A stretch of DNA of 19,939 bases from contig JBJHDK010000044.1 in the NCBI GenBank assembly GCA_050486505.1, positions 1 through 19,939 of the forward strand, written 5' to 3'. Each line of letters opens with the position of its first letter. The stretch's first letter is position 1. Under the pieces are notes generated by a model. It searched no databases. It had not been told where the DNA came from and saw only the letters and a program-made list of their open reading frames with translations. Of the stretch, positions 8,772-17,109 are shown in pieces. The translations under genes and the position numbers were made by a program. This DNA comes from Fibrobacteria bacterium. GTDB taxonomy: Bacteria > Fibrobacterota > Fibrobacteria > UBA11236.

Positions 8772-8802
8772 CTGTCCGCTGTCCGCTCACCGCTGTCAGC
8801 TA
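8772..8802 (-). repeat. Right arm of inverted repeat built from 7-bp units
   Basis: CTGTCCG CTGTCCG CTCACCG CTGTCAG CTA; the last 3 nt are the NlpC/P60 gene stop codon. Confidence 0.9.
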
Positions 8803-9360
8803 GTTCACCACCCTCTTCGCCCCCGCAAAGTGGCGCGCGAAGTAGGGCGCGTCGAGGCGGGTGTAAACAACTCCGACGCTGCTCTGCGAGTGGATGAAAT
8901 ACCCGTTGCCCATGTAAATGCCCACATGGTCAACGCGCACCCGCTTGAAGAACACGAGGTCGCCCGGCTTCAGGTCGCCGCGTCGCACGGGGCGTCCGAA
9001 GCGCTCCATGGTCGCGGCGGTGCGCGGCAGTTCGAGCTGGTACGCTTCGCGGACGACACGTTGCACGAACCCGGAGCAGTCCATGCCCTTGCGACTCTCT
9101 CCACCCCAGCGATAGGGCACGCCGAGATAACTCTCCGCAACGCGTCGCAGGTCGGCCTCGTTGCCCCGAGCGCGACCGAGCTCCGAAGGTGTGGTGCGGG
9201 AGTAATTGCGCGACTCGGGGGTCACCCAGGTTCCGGCGTCGCGCGAGTAGTAGGGGCGCGGCCCGGGCGGGGCGCAGGCGGCCATCATCGCAATTGCGAT
9301 GATGGCCGCTTGTAGGGGCAAATAACCATTTGCCCCTACAAGGAGCCCCGCCCCCTTCAC
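8800..9360 (-). CDS. NlpC/P60 (C40) peptidoglycan peptidase, probable lipoprotein
   Basis: YLGVPYRWGG..GMDCSGFV, LPRTA, LKPGDLVFF, HVGIYMGNGYFIHS; lipobox-like AIAMMAAC. Start inferred at GTG 9360, overlapping the gatA TGA; the longer track ORF is a gatA shadow. Confidence 0.9.
   Translation of the reverse strand: MKGAGLLVGANGYLPLQAAIIAIAMMAACAPPGPRPYYSRDAGTWVTPESRNYSRTTPSELGRARGNEADLRRVAESYLGVPYRWGGESRKGMDCSGFVQRVVREAYQLELPRTAATMERFGRPVRRGDLKPGDLVFFKRVRVDHVGIYMGNGYFIHSQSSVGVVYTRLDAPYFARHFAGAKRVVN
9309..9342. repeat. GTAG-type REP-like perfect palindrome
   Basis: CTTGTAGGGGCAAAT-AACC-ATTTGCCCCTACAAG, 15-bp perfect arms. Confidence 0.8.
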
Positions 9361-10775
9361 CCCACCGCCTTCTCCGCGCCCGCTGCGACCTGGAACAGCT
9401 CGGTCTCGCCGAAGGGCTTGCCGATGAACTGCAGGCCCACAGGCAACCCCTCCACCGGGGCGACCGGAAGGGAAACCCCCGGCAATCCCGCGAGGTTCAC
9501 GCTGACGGTATAGATGTCCTGCAGATACATCGCCATCGGATCCTTGAAGACGTCGCCGATCTTCGGGGGAGGCGCGGGCATGGTGGGCATGGCGATGACG
9601 TCGCATTGCCCGAAGGCCTTGGCGAAGTCGTCGGTGATGACGCGGCGCGCCTTTTGCGCCTGCATGTAATACGCGTCGTAGAAGCCGGAGGAAAGCACGT
9701 AGGTGCCGAGCATGATCCGCTTCTTCACTTCGACGCCGAACCCTTCGGAGCGGCTTTTCGCGTACAGCTCGTAGAGGTTCTTCGGGTCGGTGGCGCGGCG
9801 CGTGTAGCGCACGCCGTCGTAGCGCGAGAGGTTCGCGGACGCCTCGGCGGTGGCGATGACATAGTAGGCCGCCACCGCGAAGGAGAGGCTCGGGAGATGG
9901 ACTTCGACGATGCGCGCGCCCTCGCGTTCGCATGCCTCGAGCGCCGCGCGCACCGAAGCGGCGACGCCGGAGTGAAGGCCTTCGCCGAACGCCTCGACGG
10001 GAACGCCGATGGTCTTGCCTTTCAGGCCGCCGCCGAGCTGCGCGGTGAAATCGGGGCTCGGGCGTTCCGAGGACGTGTTGTCGCGCAAATCGTGTCCGGC
10101 GATGGCATTCAGAAGCAGTGCGGCGTCCCCGACGTTGCGGGCGAAGGGGCCGATCTGGTCGAGCGACGACGCATAGGCCACGAGGCCGTAACGCGACACC
10201 AGGCCGTAGGTGGGCTTCATGCCCACGATGCCGCAGCAGGCGGCGGGCTGGCGGATCGACCCGCCTGTGTCGGAACCCAGCGAGACGGGAACCGTTCCCG
10301 AAGCGACGGCCACCGCCGAGCCGCCGGACGAACCGCCGGCGATGCGATCGCGGGCGACCGGGTTGAGGGGCGCGCCGAACGCGCTGGTCTCGGACGTCGA
10401 GCCCATGGCGAACTCGTCGAGGTTGGTTTTGCCCACCGGGATCGCGCCGGCGGCGAGCAGGCGTTCCACGGCGGTGGCGTCGTAGGGCGAGCGGAAGTTT
10501 TCGAGAATGCGGGAGGCGCAGGTCGTCGTGCCCGTCGCCATCACGATGTTGTCCTTGACCGCGACCGGCACGCCGGCAAGGGGCCCGAGGTCTTCACCCG
10601 CCTCGCGGCGACGGTCAAGCGCCCGCGCGCGCTCCAGCGCCTCTTCGGGAAGGACGGAGAGGTAGGCGTTCAGATCCTTGGCGGCCTCGATGCGGGCCAA
10701 CGCCTCCCCGATCGTCTTTTCAGCGGAAATTTCACCGTTTCGAACCTTGCGCGCGGTTTCTGCGAGTGTGGACAT
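9357..10775 (-). CDS. gatA: Asp-tRNA(Asn)/Glu-tRNA(Gln) amidotransferase subunit A
   Basis: GVPVAVKDNI, GKTNLDEFAMGS, GGSSGGSAVAV, LGSDTGGSIRQPA, EASANLSRYDGVRY, RSEGFGVEVKKRIMLGTYVLSSGFYDAYY; start placed at ATG 10775. Confidence 0.97.
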   Translation of the reverse strand: MSTLAETARKVRNGEISAEKTIGEALARIEAAKDLNAYLSVLPEEALERARALDRRREAGEDLGPLAGVPVAVKDNIVMATGTTTCASRILENFRSPYDATAVERLLAAGAIPVGKTNLDEFAMGSTSETSAFGAPLNPVARDRIAGGSSGGSAVAVASGTVPVSLGSDTGGSIRQPAACCGIVGMKPTYGLVSRYGLVAYASSLDQIGPFARNVGDAALLLNAIAGHDLRDNTSSERPSPDFTAQLGGGLKGKTIGVPVEAFGEGLHSGVAASVRAALEACEREGARIVEVHLPSLSFAVAAYYVIATAEASANLSRYDGVRYTRRATDPKNLYELYAKSRSEGFGVEVKKRIMLGTYVLSSGFYDAYYMQAQKARRVITDDFAKAFGQCDVIAMPTMPAPPPKIGDVFKDPMAMYLQDIYTVSVNLAGLPGVSLPVAPVEGLPVGLQFIGKPFGETELFQVAAGAEKAVG

Positions 10776-10850
10776 GGCAGGAAAAGATAGCAGGGAATGG
10801 ACGCGGGCGCCTATGGACCGCGGGAGCATTGCCTCCTGCATGAGGGCGAC

Positions 10851-10877
10851 CGGCCTCTCGGCTTCGCTCAGGGGCCG
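10851..10877. repeat. Small hairpin resembling the CCCTTCGACTTCGCTCAGGG-type interspersed repeat
   Basis: CGGCCTCT-CGGCTTCGCTC-AGGGGCCG; family resemblance is from memory. Confidence 0.35.
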
Positions 10878-10973
10878 AGGTACCCCTACATTCCCGCGAA
10901 ATCACTGGCGCTATCTTCGCCGACTCAAGCCATCATACCCCACATCGCGCACCTCCCGCAACTTTGTATTCAC

Positions 10974-11006
10974 TTCTTAATTCGTAATTCTTAATTCGTA
11001 ATTCTT
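10974..11006. repeat. 7-bp tandem array abutting the DUF4321 stop
   Basis: TTCTTAA TTCGTAA TTCTTAA TTCGTAA TTCTT. Confidence 0.9.
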
Positions 11007-11318
11007 CTAGTTCCGCCACCACTTCAGCATATACAACGCCAGCCCCAGCCCCACCAGGCTCACGACATTGAACTTGAAGCCCACGCCGAGGCGCAGCTTG
11101 AAGAGGTAAAGATCGAGTTCCCAGCCGCCCGTCTCGTAACCGAGGTCCACTTCGAGCGCCTTCACGAAGAAATTGCGGATGGGATTGTCCACGCCGCCGC
11201 CGCTCATCTCGCCGAACTTGCCGAGGATGTAGCCAAGCGATTCGCCGAGGATACCGCCGGCGATCAGGCCAAGGACAACGAAGAGTACCAGCACCCCGAA
11301 GTTTCTGTTTCTGTCCAT
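11007..11318 (-). CDS. DUF4321-like small membrane protein
   Basis: Hydrophobic N-terminus LGLIAGGILGE and LDLYLFKLRLGVGFKFNVVSLVGL pattern. Confidence 0.75.
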   Translation of the reverse strand: MDRNRNFGVLVLFVVLGLIAGGILGESLGYILGKFGEMSGGGVDNPIRNFFVKALEVDLGYETGGWELDLYLFKLRLGVGFKFNVVSLVGLGLALYMLKWWRN

Positions 11319-11362
11319 CGTGTCGTCCCCTGGTCCGCGAGGACCGGATGAGATTCATTTGC

Positions 11363-12106
11363 TTACTCCGGATCGTAATCCGGATAACTCACCTTCTCGA
11401 GGGATAGTCCGTGCGGCGGCGCCCAATAGCGTTCCCCGGCGAACCGTCCCTCCAGGATCGCCCGCACCAGCCCCGGCGGATGCGCTCCCCGCGCCACGTC
11501 GAAGGCTGCGCCGATCAGCGAACGCACCATCTTGTGCAGGAAACGGTCGGCTTCGATCGTGACATGCAGAAAATGATCCACCCGTTTGATCTCGGCGCGC
11601 ATCAGGTTGCACACCGTGGACTTGCCGTCGTGACGTGGTACTGAGAAACTTATGAAATCGTGCTTCCCCGCCGCCGAGGCGAGTTCATCGGCGAAGAGGC
11701 CCGCGTCGAATGCCCAGGCGGGGTGCCACGAGATGGAGTCGAGCAACGCCACCGGACGCAGGGCGATGCGGTAAAGGTAGCGGCGCGAAAGCGCATCGAA
11801 GCGGGCGTGGAAGTCGTCGCGGCAGCGCTCCATGGCGCGCACGCGGATGTGCGGGCCGCACAGCGCGTTCAGCCCATGCTGCACCCGGCGCGCCTCCGGT
11901 TCCCCCGCGCAATCGAAGTGCGCGACCTGCCCGGTGGCGTGCACGCCCGCGTCGGTACGCCCCGCTCCGTGCACCCGCACGGGTTCGCGCAGCACGGTGG
12001 CCAGCGCCTCCTCGAGCGCGCCCTGCACGGTGACCGGGCCGTCCTGCAGCTGCCAGCCGGCGAAGGGTTCGCCGAAGTATTCGACTGTGAAGCGGTAGCG
12101 AGGCAA
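11363..12106 (-). CDS. truA: tRNA pseudouridine(38-40) synthase
   Basis: RFTVEYFGEPFAGWQ, GAGRTDAGVHATGQVAHFD, FHARFDA, FLHKMVRSLIG, APPHGLSLEKVSY; TTG 12106 start inferred. Confidence 0.96.
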   Translation of the reverse strand: MPRYRFTVEYFGEPFAGWQLQDGPVTVQGALEEALATVLREPVRVHGAGRTDAGVHATGQVAHFDCAGEPEARRVQHGLNALCGPHIRVRAMERCRDDFHARFDALSRRYLYRIALRPVALLDSISWHPAWAFDAGLFADELASAAGKHDFISFSVPRHDGKSTVCNLMRAEIKRVDHFLHVTIEADRFLHKMVRSLIGAAFDVARGAHPPGLVRAILEGRFAGERYWAPPHGLSLEKVSYPDYDPE

Positions 12107-12123
12107 AGGGATTACACAGGCCA

Positions 12124-12147
12124 GTAGGGGCGACCTGCGGGTCGCCC
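12124..12147 (+). repeat. GTAG-type REP
   Basis: GTAG-GGGCGACC-TGCG-GGTCGCCC in the gap upstream of truA. Confidence 0.75.
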
Positions 12148-12188
12148 GAACAGAGGGTGTGCGAGGCTGGCACGAACGAGAGTCAAGG

Positions 12189-13076
12189 TCATTCCTGGTC
12201 CAGGTGCGGGCTTTTGACGGGAGGAACCTTGCGGCGAGGCGATGAAGGGCGCGCGATGGGAGCCTTCCAGGTTTCAAGGAGCTCTTCCTCCAGCGAGCGC
12301 GGGCGCGGAGGAGGAGAAGGAGGAGGCGAGGCCGCTTCCCCAGGAGCCGATACGGACGGTGAGGGAGGCGACGAAGGAACGGATGCCCGAGCGAGCCCCG
12401 ACTCCGGGGGTGCGGAAACATCGTGCTCCGAGAAACCTTTCTCCACCGATCCGGCTTGCGTCGGCGCGGCAGCGGATCCGGGAGGAGCTGCCGCGGGGGG
12501 TTCCACGGGCACCGCATCAAACAACGACATCTGCGGACGCTCGCCTTCTTCAAGCGGGGGGTACTCCTTGTCCAGGTCCTCCGCCAGGGTTCCGTGTCCG
12601 GTTGCAAGCGCGGACCGGGGGTCGCGCATTCCGGAAGTTTCCTCCGCGACGGCCACGACGGGATGTCCGCGGCGCGCCTTGCGCGCGTGCGCCTGAGCCC
12701 CGATCAAGCCGCCGAGTACGGGAAACGCGATGCCAAAGGAAAGCAGCCAGGGCCATAGATCGGAAAACCACGCCATGAACCCGAAAGGCGAGATCCCCGC
12801 GTGCAGGCGACGCCAGGACTGCAGGCGGTTTTGAAGGACTTCGTGATCCTGGCGTGCGCGTTCAAGGGTGGCGCGCACGTCGGATGTCGCGGCGGGAGCC
12901 TCGGCCTGGCGCTGCAAAACGGCAATGAATTCGCGCTGCTGCGCGAGCCTGATCTGGAATGCGGCGTGGTCCGAACCTGCGGCCTGAACAACGGGGAGCC
13001 GCAACGGGGTGAGATACAGGGCGGCAGTCAGCAGCGCATACACGCTCAAACCCGCCCAAACTCCGCGCCATGCCAT
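12189..13076 (-). CDS. Hypothetical membrane protein (2 TM segments, coiled-coil loop, Pro/Ser/Glu-rich tail)
   Basis: AAGGAGG RBS 9 nt before ATG 13076; two hydrophobic segments; fills the gap co-directionally with truA; family not recognised. Confidence 0.7.
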   Translation of the reverse strand: MAWRGVWAGLSVYALLTAALYLTPLRLPVVQAAGSDHAAFQIRLAQQREFIAVLQRQAEAPAATSDVRATLERARQDHEVLQNRLQSWRRLHAGISPFGFMAWFSDLWPWLLSFGIAFPVLGGLIGAQAHARKARRGHPVVAVAEETSGMRDPRSALATGHGTLAEDLDKEYPPLEEGERPQMSLFDAVPVEPPAAAPPGSAAAPTQAGSVEKGFSEHDVSAPPESGLARASVPSSPPSPSVSAPGEAASPPPSPPPRPRSLEEELLETWKAPIARPSSPRRKVPPVKSPHLDQE

Positions 13077-13168
13077 GCCTGTCACCCTCCTTCGCGGGCA
13101 ATATAAACAGAGCGCCCCCCCGCACCGAACCGTCCCGCACCCGGCCCCCCCATATCACCCTTCGTTCT

Positions 13169-13208
13169 TCACTGTCCGCTGCCCACTGTTCACTGTCCCC
13201 TGTCCACT
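13169..13208 (+). repeat. 7-bp tandem array upstream of the M6-like gene
   Basis: TCACTGT CCGCTGC CCACTGT TCACTGT CCCCTGT CCACT, followed by TACCTT at 13215-13220. Confidence 0.85.
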
Positions 13209-13267
13209 CCTTTGTACCTTATCCCGACCGTTTTTCCACCGCCCCCACACACCGGGCGGCTTTCCCC

Positions 13268-16200
13268 ATGCAGGTCGCAATGAGCCCGGTTTCGTTCTCC
13301 CGCTTTTCCCTCTTCCTCGCCACGGCCTGCGCCGCCATCGGACTCTCCGCCGCTCCCCCCGTCTCCGCGCAAACGCCGGACACCCTGGAAGTCTTCGTCC
13401 TCTACATCGAGTTCCTGGACGAAGGCTCGAACAATGAGCCGGGTACCACCGGGCGAGGCGTCTTCGGTTCCGACCCCGATCTTACCTACACGCTCGACCC
13501 GAACGGAACTTTTCGTCGTTCCGCCGCCTATCTCGAAAAACGCTTCGAGTTCGCCCGCGACTACTTCGACAAGGTCTCGGACGGCCGGGTGGTGATCCTG
13601 CCGCCCCGCCTGTTTCCCGCAGCCGACCCTGACGGCCTCGTGAACGGAATCCCGAATCTTCGCGATCGCATGAAGGCCTACAACCCGGCCCTCCAGGACA
13701 AGTCGGCGAAACAGCAGACCCGCGATTTCCAGGAGCAGCAGGCGATCCAGTTGATGCGCTTCGTCAGCGAAACGATCCGGGAACACGATCTTGCGGGCGA
13801 CACGACCAAAAACCCCTTCCTGGTCGCGGCGAACGAGGCGGCCGCCAACCCTTCGTCCAACCACCACCGCGCCTTCCTCATCTTCCACGCGGGCCACTCG
13901 CGCCTGATCGACGGCGGTACGCTGGGCTATCTCGGTGCCAACACCCCGAACGACTTGATCGATTTCTTCGTGATCAAGGAGTATTTCGAAATCCTCTCCA
14001 ATGCATCCGATCCCAACCTGCGCCGTGATTCGCTGGGCGTGGCCCTGTCGACCGGCGACACGCTGAGCCGCATCATGATGCTTTCGGAGTCCGCCAGCCA
14101 GGACGGGGTGAACTGGGGCATCAACGGCATCCTGATCAACCAACTCGCGCGCCAGATGGGCATGCCCGATCTCTTCGACGTGGTCAAGGGCATCTCCCAG
14201 GTCGGCACGTTCGACGTGATGGATTTCGCGGGCTACAACACCATGCAGGGGTTCCTTCCGATTTTTCCCTCCGCTTGGGTACGCACCTTCATGGGGTGGG
14301 ACGAGCCCGTGGTCGCGCGTCCCGGCACAGGCGCTTTCACCGATTACCCCATCCACGCGGCCGATCAGCCCGGGCCGGGACGCACGCGCACGGTAAAGAT
14401 CCCCCTCAACGACCGGGAATACCTGCTTGTGGAAAACCGCCAGCGCGCGGCGGGAAGCGATTTGGTCACGGTATTCTTCAGCGAACCCTCCGGCCCCACT
14501 GACTGGGCCTTTTCGGTGGACACGTCAGTAACGGTGTCGTACGACTTCCTCGATTCCTTGTTCCTCGACTCGCTGTGCACGCAACACTCCGGCTCCCGCT
14601 GCACCCAATGGGAGCCGAACGACAAGCGCCCCCGCGGCATCATCACCGGCGCCAGCCACTACGATGTCGGCCTCCCCGGGAACGGTCTTCTGGTCTGGCA
14701 CGTGAACGACTGGTTCATCGAATCCTTCCTTCCCTTCGGGGCGGTGAACGCCTGGCTGGGCGACACCTTGCGCAACCAATACAAGGGTCTCGAACTGGTC
14801 GAGGCCGACGGCATCCCCAGCATCGGCAAGGAGTTCTCCGACGCGCTCGGGCAGCCCGCCTTCGACTACGGCACCGCGCAGGACATGCTCCCGCACGTGT
14901 TCCGCAAGCGCCGCAACCCTCCGCGCGACACAACCTGGGGGCCGCCCGACACGATCACGTTCATCGGCGCGTACGGCTTCGCCAACACGAACTCGTGGAA
15001 CGACGGGCGCACCCACATCAAGCTCGAGGCCCTGCTGCCCGCGAACCCGGTGTTCTCCGGCAGCATCAGCAGCTTCACGGGCGACTCGGTGCGCACCGTG
15101 CGCGATTCGGCGATCACCTTGCGCGTGCATTGGCCCGACAACAACAGCATCGCCCGTCCCGCGAACTCCGAGTGGCCCGCGCGCACCGCCGCTGCCTCGG
15201 GACCGCAGGCCGTCAACCTCATGCGCGACGGCTCGGGCCGGGCGCACATCGTCAGCCTCGCCGACACCGGCTGGCTGCAGACCTACGCCGCCGACGGCAA
15301 GCTCGCCCTGGCCGCACGCGACACGGTGCGCGGGCCCGGCACCTACGACAGCGTGGAAGTGATGCTCTCCTCGGGAAACCGCCGCCCCGACAACGCCGCG
15401 CCAGTGAACTCTCTGGTCGACCCGGCAGGCGCGCCGCTGGGTGCGGCCGTCGTTTCAGACTCCATCCTCGCCGTGCTCACCCCGCAGGCGTTGCGCCTGA
15501 TCCACACCCGCGCGCAGGCGTTGCACCCGGACTCCCTGGCAGGCGGCAGCGACACCGCGCTTGCCATGGCCGGCAAGGCGGGACCGATGGTGTGGGGCGG
15601 TCGCGTCTTCGCCCTCGACAGCGCCGGCGTGTTGCGCTGGTGGGATGCGCAAGGCAACAACCCGGGCAGCGCCGCCTTGCCCGAAGGAAGCTGGCATGCG
15701 CTTGCCGGTCTCTCCTTCGGAAACGGGAACGAACCGCACGTGATCGTGGCGGGGCGCCTGGGCCGTGCCCTGCGCGTGAACCCCGCCACGGCGTCCGTCA
15801 CGGATCTCAACCCGGGCTGGGGCCCGCAATGGGTTCACGATTCCACCGAAGTGTTCAGCGTCACGGTGGCCGACTTCGACCGCATCGACGAGCACGACGA
15901 CGTGCTGCTGCTGGGGTCTCGCGGGGCCGCACTCATCGTGTACGCGCGCAGCGACCGTCAGGGTCAGCCTTTCACCGGATGGCCGCAGCGCCTGCCGCGC
16001 AGCGCCGCCTTCGAAGATTCGCTCGGGACGTATTTCTCCTCCGATCCCAGCCCGCCGGCGATCACCGACCTCAACCGCGACCGCCACCCCGACATCGTCT
16101 TCAGCGGGACCAACGCCATCTACGCGATGGACTGGCGGGGTGCGATTCTCCCGGGCTGGCCCTTCCGCATGCAGCCCCGGCAGCTCGTCGGCTTCACCTA

Positions 16201-16945
16201 CGCCAACCGCAACCTCCCCGCCTCCGTCATCGGCTCCTCGCCGCTGGCGGTCTCCCTGCGCGGCTCGCCCGCGGTGCTGACCGCCTCGCCCGACGGGCTC
16301 ATCTACGCCGTGGACAGCGCTGGCAAGCGCATCGGCTACAGTTCCTTCGGCGTCGAAACCGGCCGTGGAACCGGCGTGCTCATGGCCAACCGGGCCGACT
16401 GGCCGCTGGCCGCGGGCGGCATTTCGCTCGACTCCACACGCTCGCCCTTCGTGCACATCAGCCTCGGCCGCCTCGGCGCCCCGGGAAGCGATCTTGACCT
16501 CGTGGCACAAACCGCTGCGGGCAATCTCAGCGTGTGGACCCTGCGCGAGGCGGCCGATTCCCCGGCCAACTGGCTCATGCCTTGGGGAGACCCCGGACGC
16601 AGTGCGCGCTTCGATGCCTCCGCCCTCGGCACGCCCGGCTCGGCCCTCGCACGTGAATCGATCGAGGAGTTCCGTCTGTACCCAAGCCCTCTGCGCGGAG
16701 GCATCGCGACCCTACACCTCAAACTCGGCGACGAGGCGCCCCGCGGCGCCCGCATTCGCGTATTTGACCTTTCCGGCCGCATGGTGCACCAGCAGGTCAT
16801 CCCGTCATTGACGGCGGGAACACAACCCCCGGTCCATAAAATCGACCTGCGTCATCTCGGCCCCGACGTCTATACCGTGCATTGCGAAGTCCGTTTCGCG
16901 GGAGGCACGAAATCGAAATGGCAACGGTTGGGAGTGGTGAAATAG
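13268..16945 (+). CDS. Large secreted M6/immune inhibitor A-like protein (zinc motif degenerate) with FG-GAP-like repeats and T9SS type A-like C-terminal domain
   Basis: Signal peptide; LYIEFLD, YFDKVSDG, FLIFHAG, GMPDLFD, FDVMDFAGYN, SAWVRTFMGW, EYLLVENRQR, GLLVWHV, LELVEADG; VADFD and PAITDLNRDRHPDIV..GWP; LYPSP..IRVFDLSGRMV..DVY. Start is 13268 or 13280. Confidence 0.85.
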   Translation: MQVAMSPVSFSRFSLFLATACAAIGLSAAPPVSAQTPDTLEVFVLYIEFLDEGSNNEPGTTGRGVFGSDPDLTYTLDPNGTFRRSAAYLEKRFEFARDYFDKVSDGRVVILPPRLFPAADPDGLVNGIPNLRDRMKAYNPALQDKSAKQQTRDFQEQQAIQLMRFVSETIREHDLAGDTTKNPFLVAANEAAANPSSNHHRAFLIFHAGHSRLIDGGTLGYLGANTPNDLIDFFVIKEYFEILSNASDPNLRRDSLGVALSTGDTLSRIMMLSESASQDGVNWGINGILINQLARQMGMPDLFDVVKGISQVGTFDVMDFAGYNTMQGFLPIFPSAWVRTFMGWDEPVVARPGTGAFTDYPIHAADQPGPGRTRTVKIPLNDREYLLVENRQRAAGSDLVTVFFSEPSGPTDWAFSVDTSVTVSYDFLDSLFLDSLCTQHSGSRCTQWEPNDKRPRGIITGASHYDVGLPGNGLLVWHVNDWFIESFLPFGAVNAWLGDTLRNQYKGLELVEADGIPSIGKEFSDALGQPAFDYGTAQDMLPHVFRKRRNPPRDTTWGPPDTITFIGAYGFANTNSWNDGRTHIKLEALLPANPVFSGSISSFTGDSVRTVRDSAITLRVHWPDNNSIARPANSEWPARTAAASGPQAVNLMRDGSGRAHIVSLADTGWLQTYAADGKLALAARDTVRGPGTYDSVEVMLSSGNRRPDNAAPVNSLVDPAGAPLGAAVVSDSILAVLTPQALRLIHTRAQALHPDSLAGGSDTALAMAGKAGPMVWGGRVFALDSAGVLRWWDAQGNNPGSAALPEGSWHALAGLSFGNGNEPHVIVAGRLGRALRVNPATASVTDLNPGWGPQWVHDSTEVFSVTVADFDRIDEHDDVLLLGSRGAALIVYARSDRQGQPFTGWPQRLPRSAAFEDSLGTYFSSDPSPPAITDLNRDRHPDIVFSGTNAIYAMDWRGAILPGWPFRMQPRQLVGFTYANRNLPASVIGSSPLAVSLRGSPAVLTASPDGLIYAVDSAGKRIGYSSFGVETGRGTGVLMANRADWPLAAGGISLDSTRSPFVHISLGRLGAPGSDLDLVAQTAAGNLSVWTLREAADSPANWLMPWGDPGRSARFDASALGTPGSALARESIEEFRLYPSPLRGGIATLHLKLGDEAPRGARIRVFDLSGRMVHQQVIPSLTAGTQPPVHKIDLRHLGPDVYTVHCEVRFAGGTKSKWQRLGVVK

Positions 16946-17109
16946 GGGGCTCTCCGCAGATGATTCTTCGTGGGTGTGAGGGATGAGGTAACAGGCAGGA
17001 GCGGGTTCGTGCGGATGGGAACGATGTCTCTTCGATTCCGCGAAAAAATGCCTCAAATCCTCCGGATTTGCGGTTTCCTCTCCCCTCCATTCCTTCTACC
17101 TTTGCCCCC

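Larger units (their letters stand above)
8296..8802 (+). mobile_element. Putative 507-bp inverted-repeat-bounded four-helix-bundle cassette
   Basis: 31-bp inverted ends with TA at both termini; one antisense, AT-richer gene; no transposase. Mobility is inferred only. Confidence 0.5.

Noticed and set aside
8296..8802. Classical IS or MITE with TA target duplication
   Set aside because: No transposase, and precise removal leaving one TA would delete the NlpC stop codon, so simple TA insertion does not fit cleanly.
9361..9933. N-terminal extension of NlpC in the ORF track (likewise for truA, pheA, gatA, slyD and the M6-like gene)
   Set aside because: The extensions overlap other genes or repeats, and family similarity begins at the downstream starts.
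9357..10775. gatA without adjacent gatB/gatC as an anomaly
   Set aside because: Dispersed gat genes are common; the sequence is canonical GatA.
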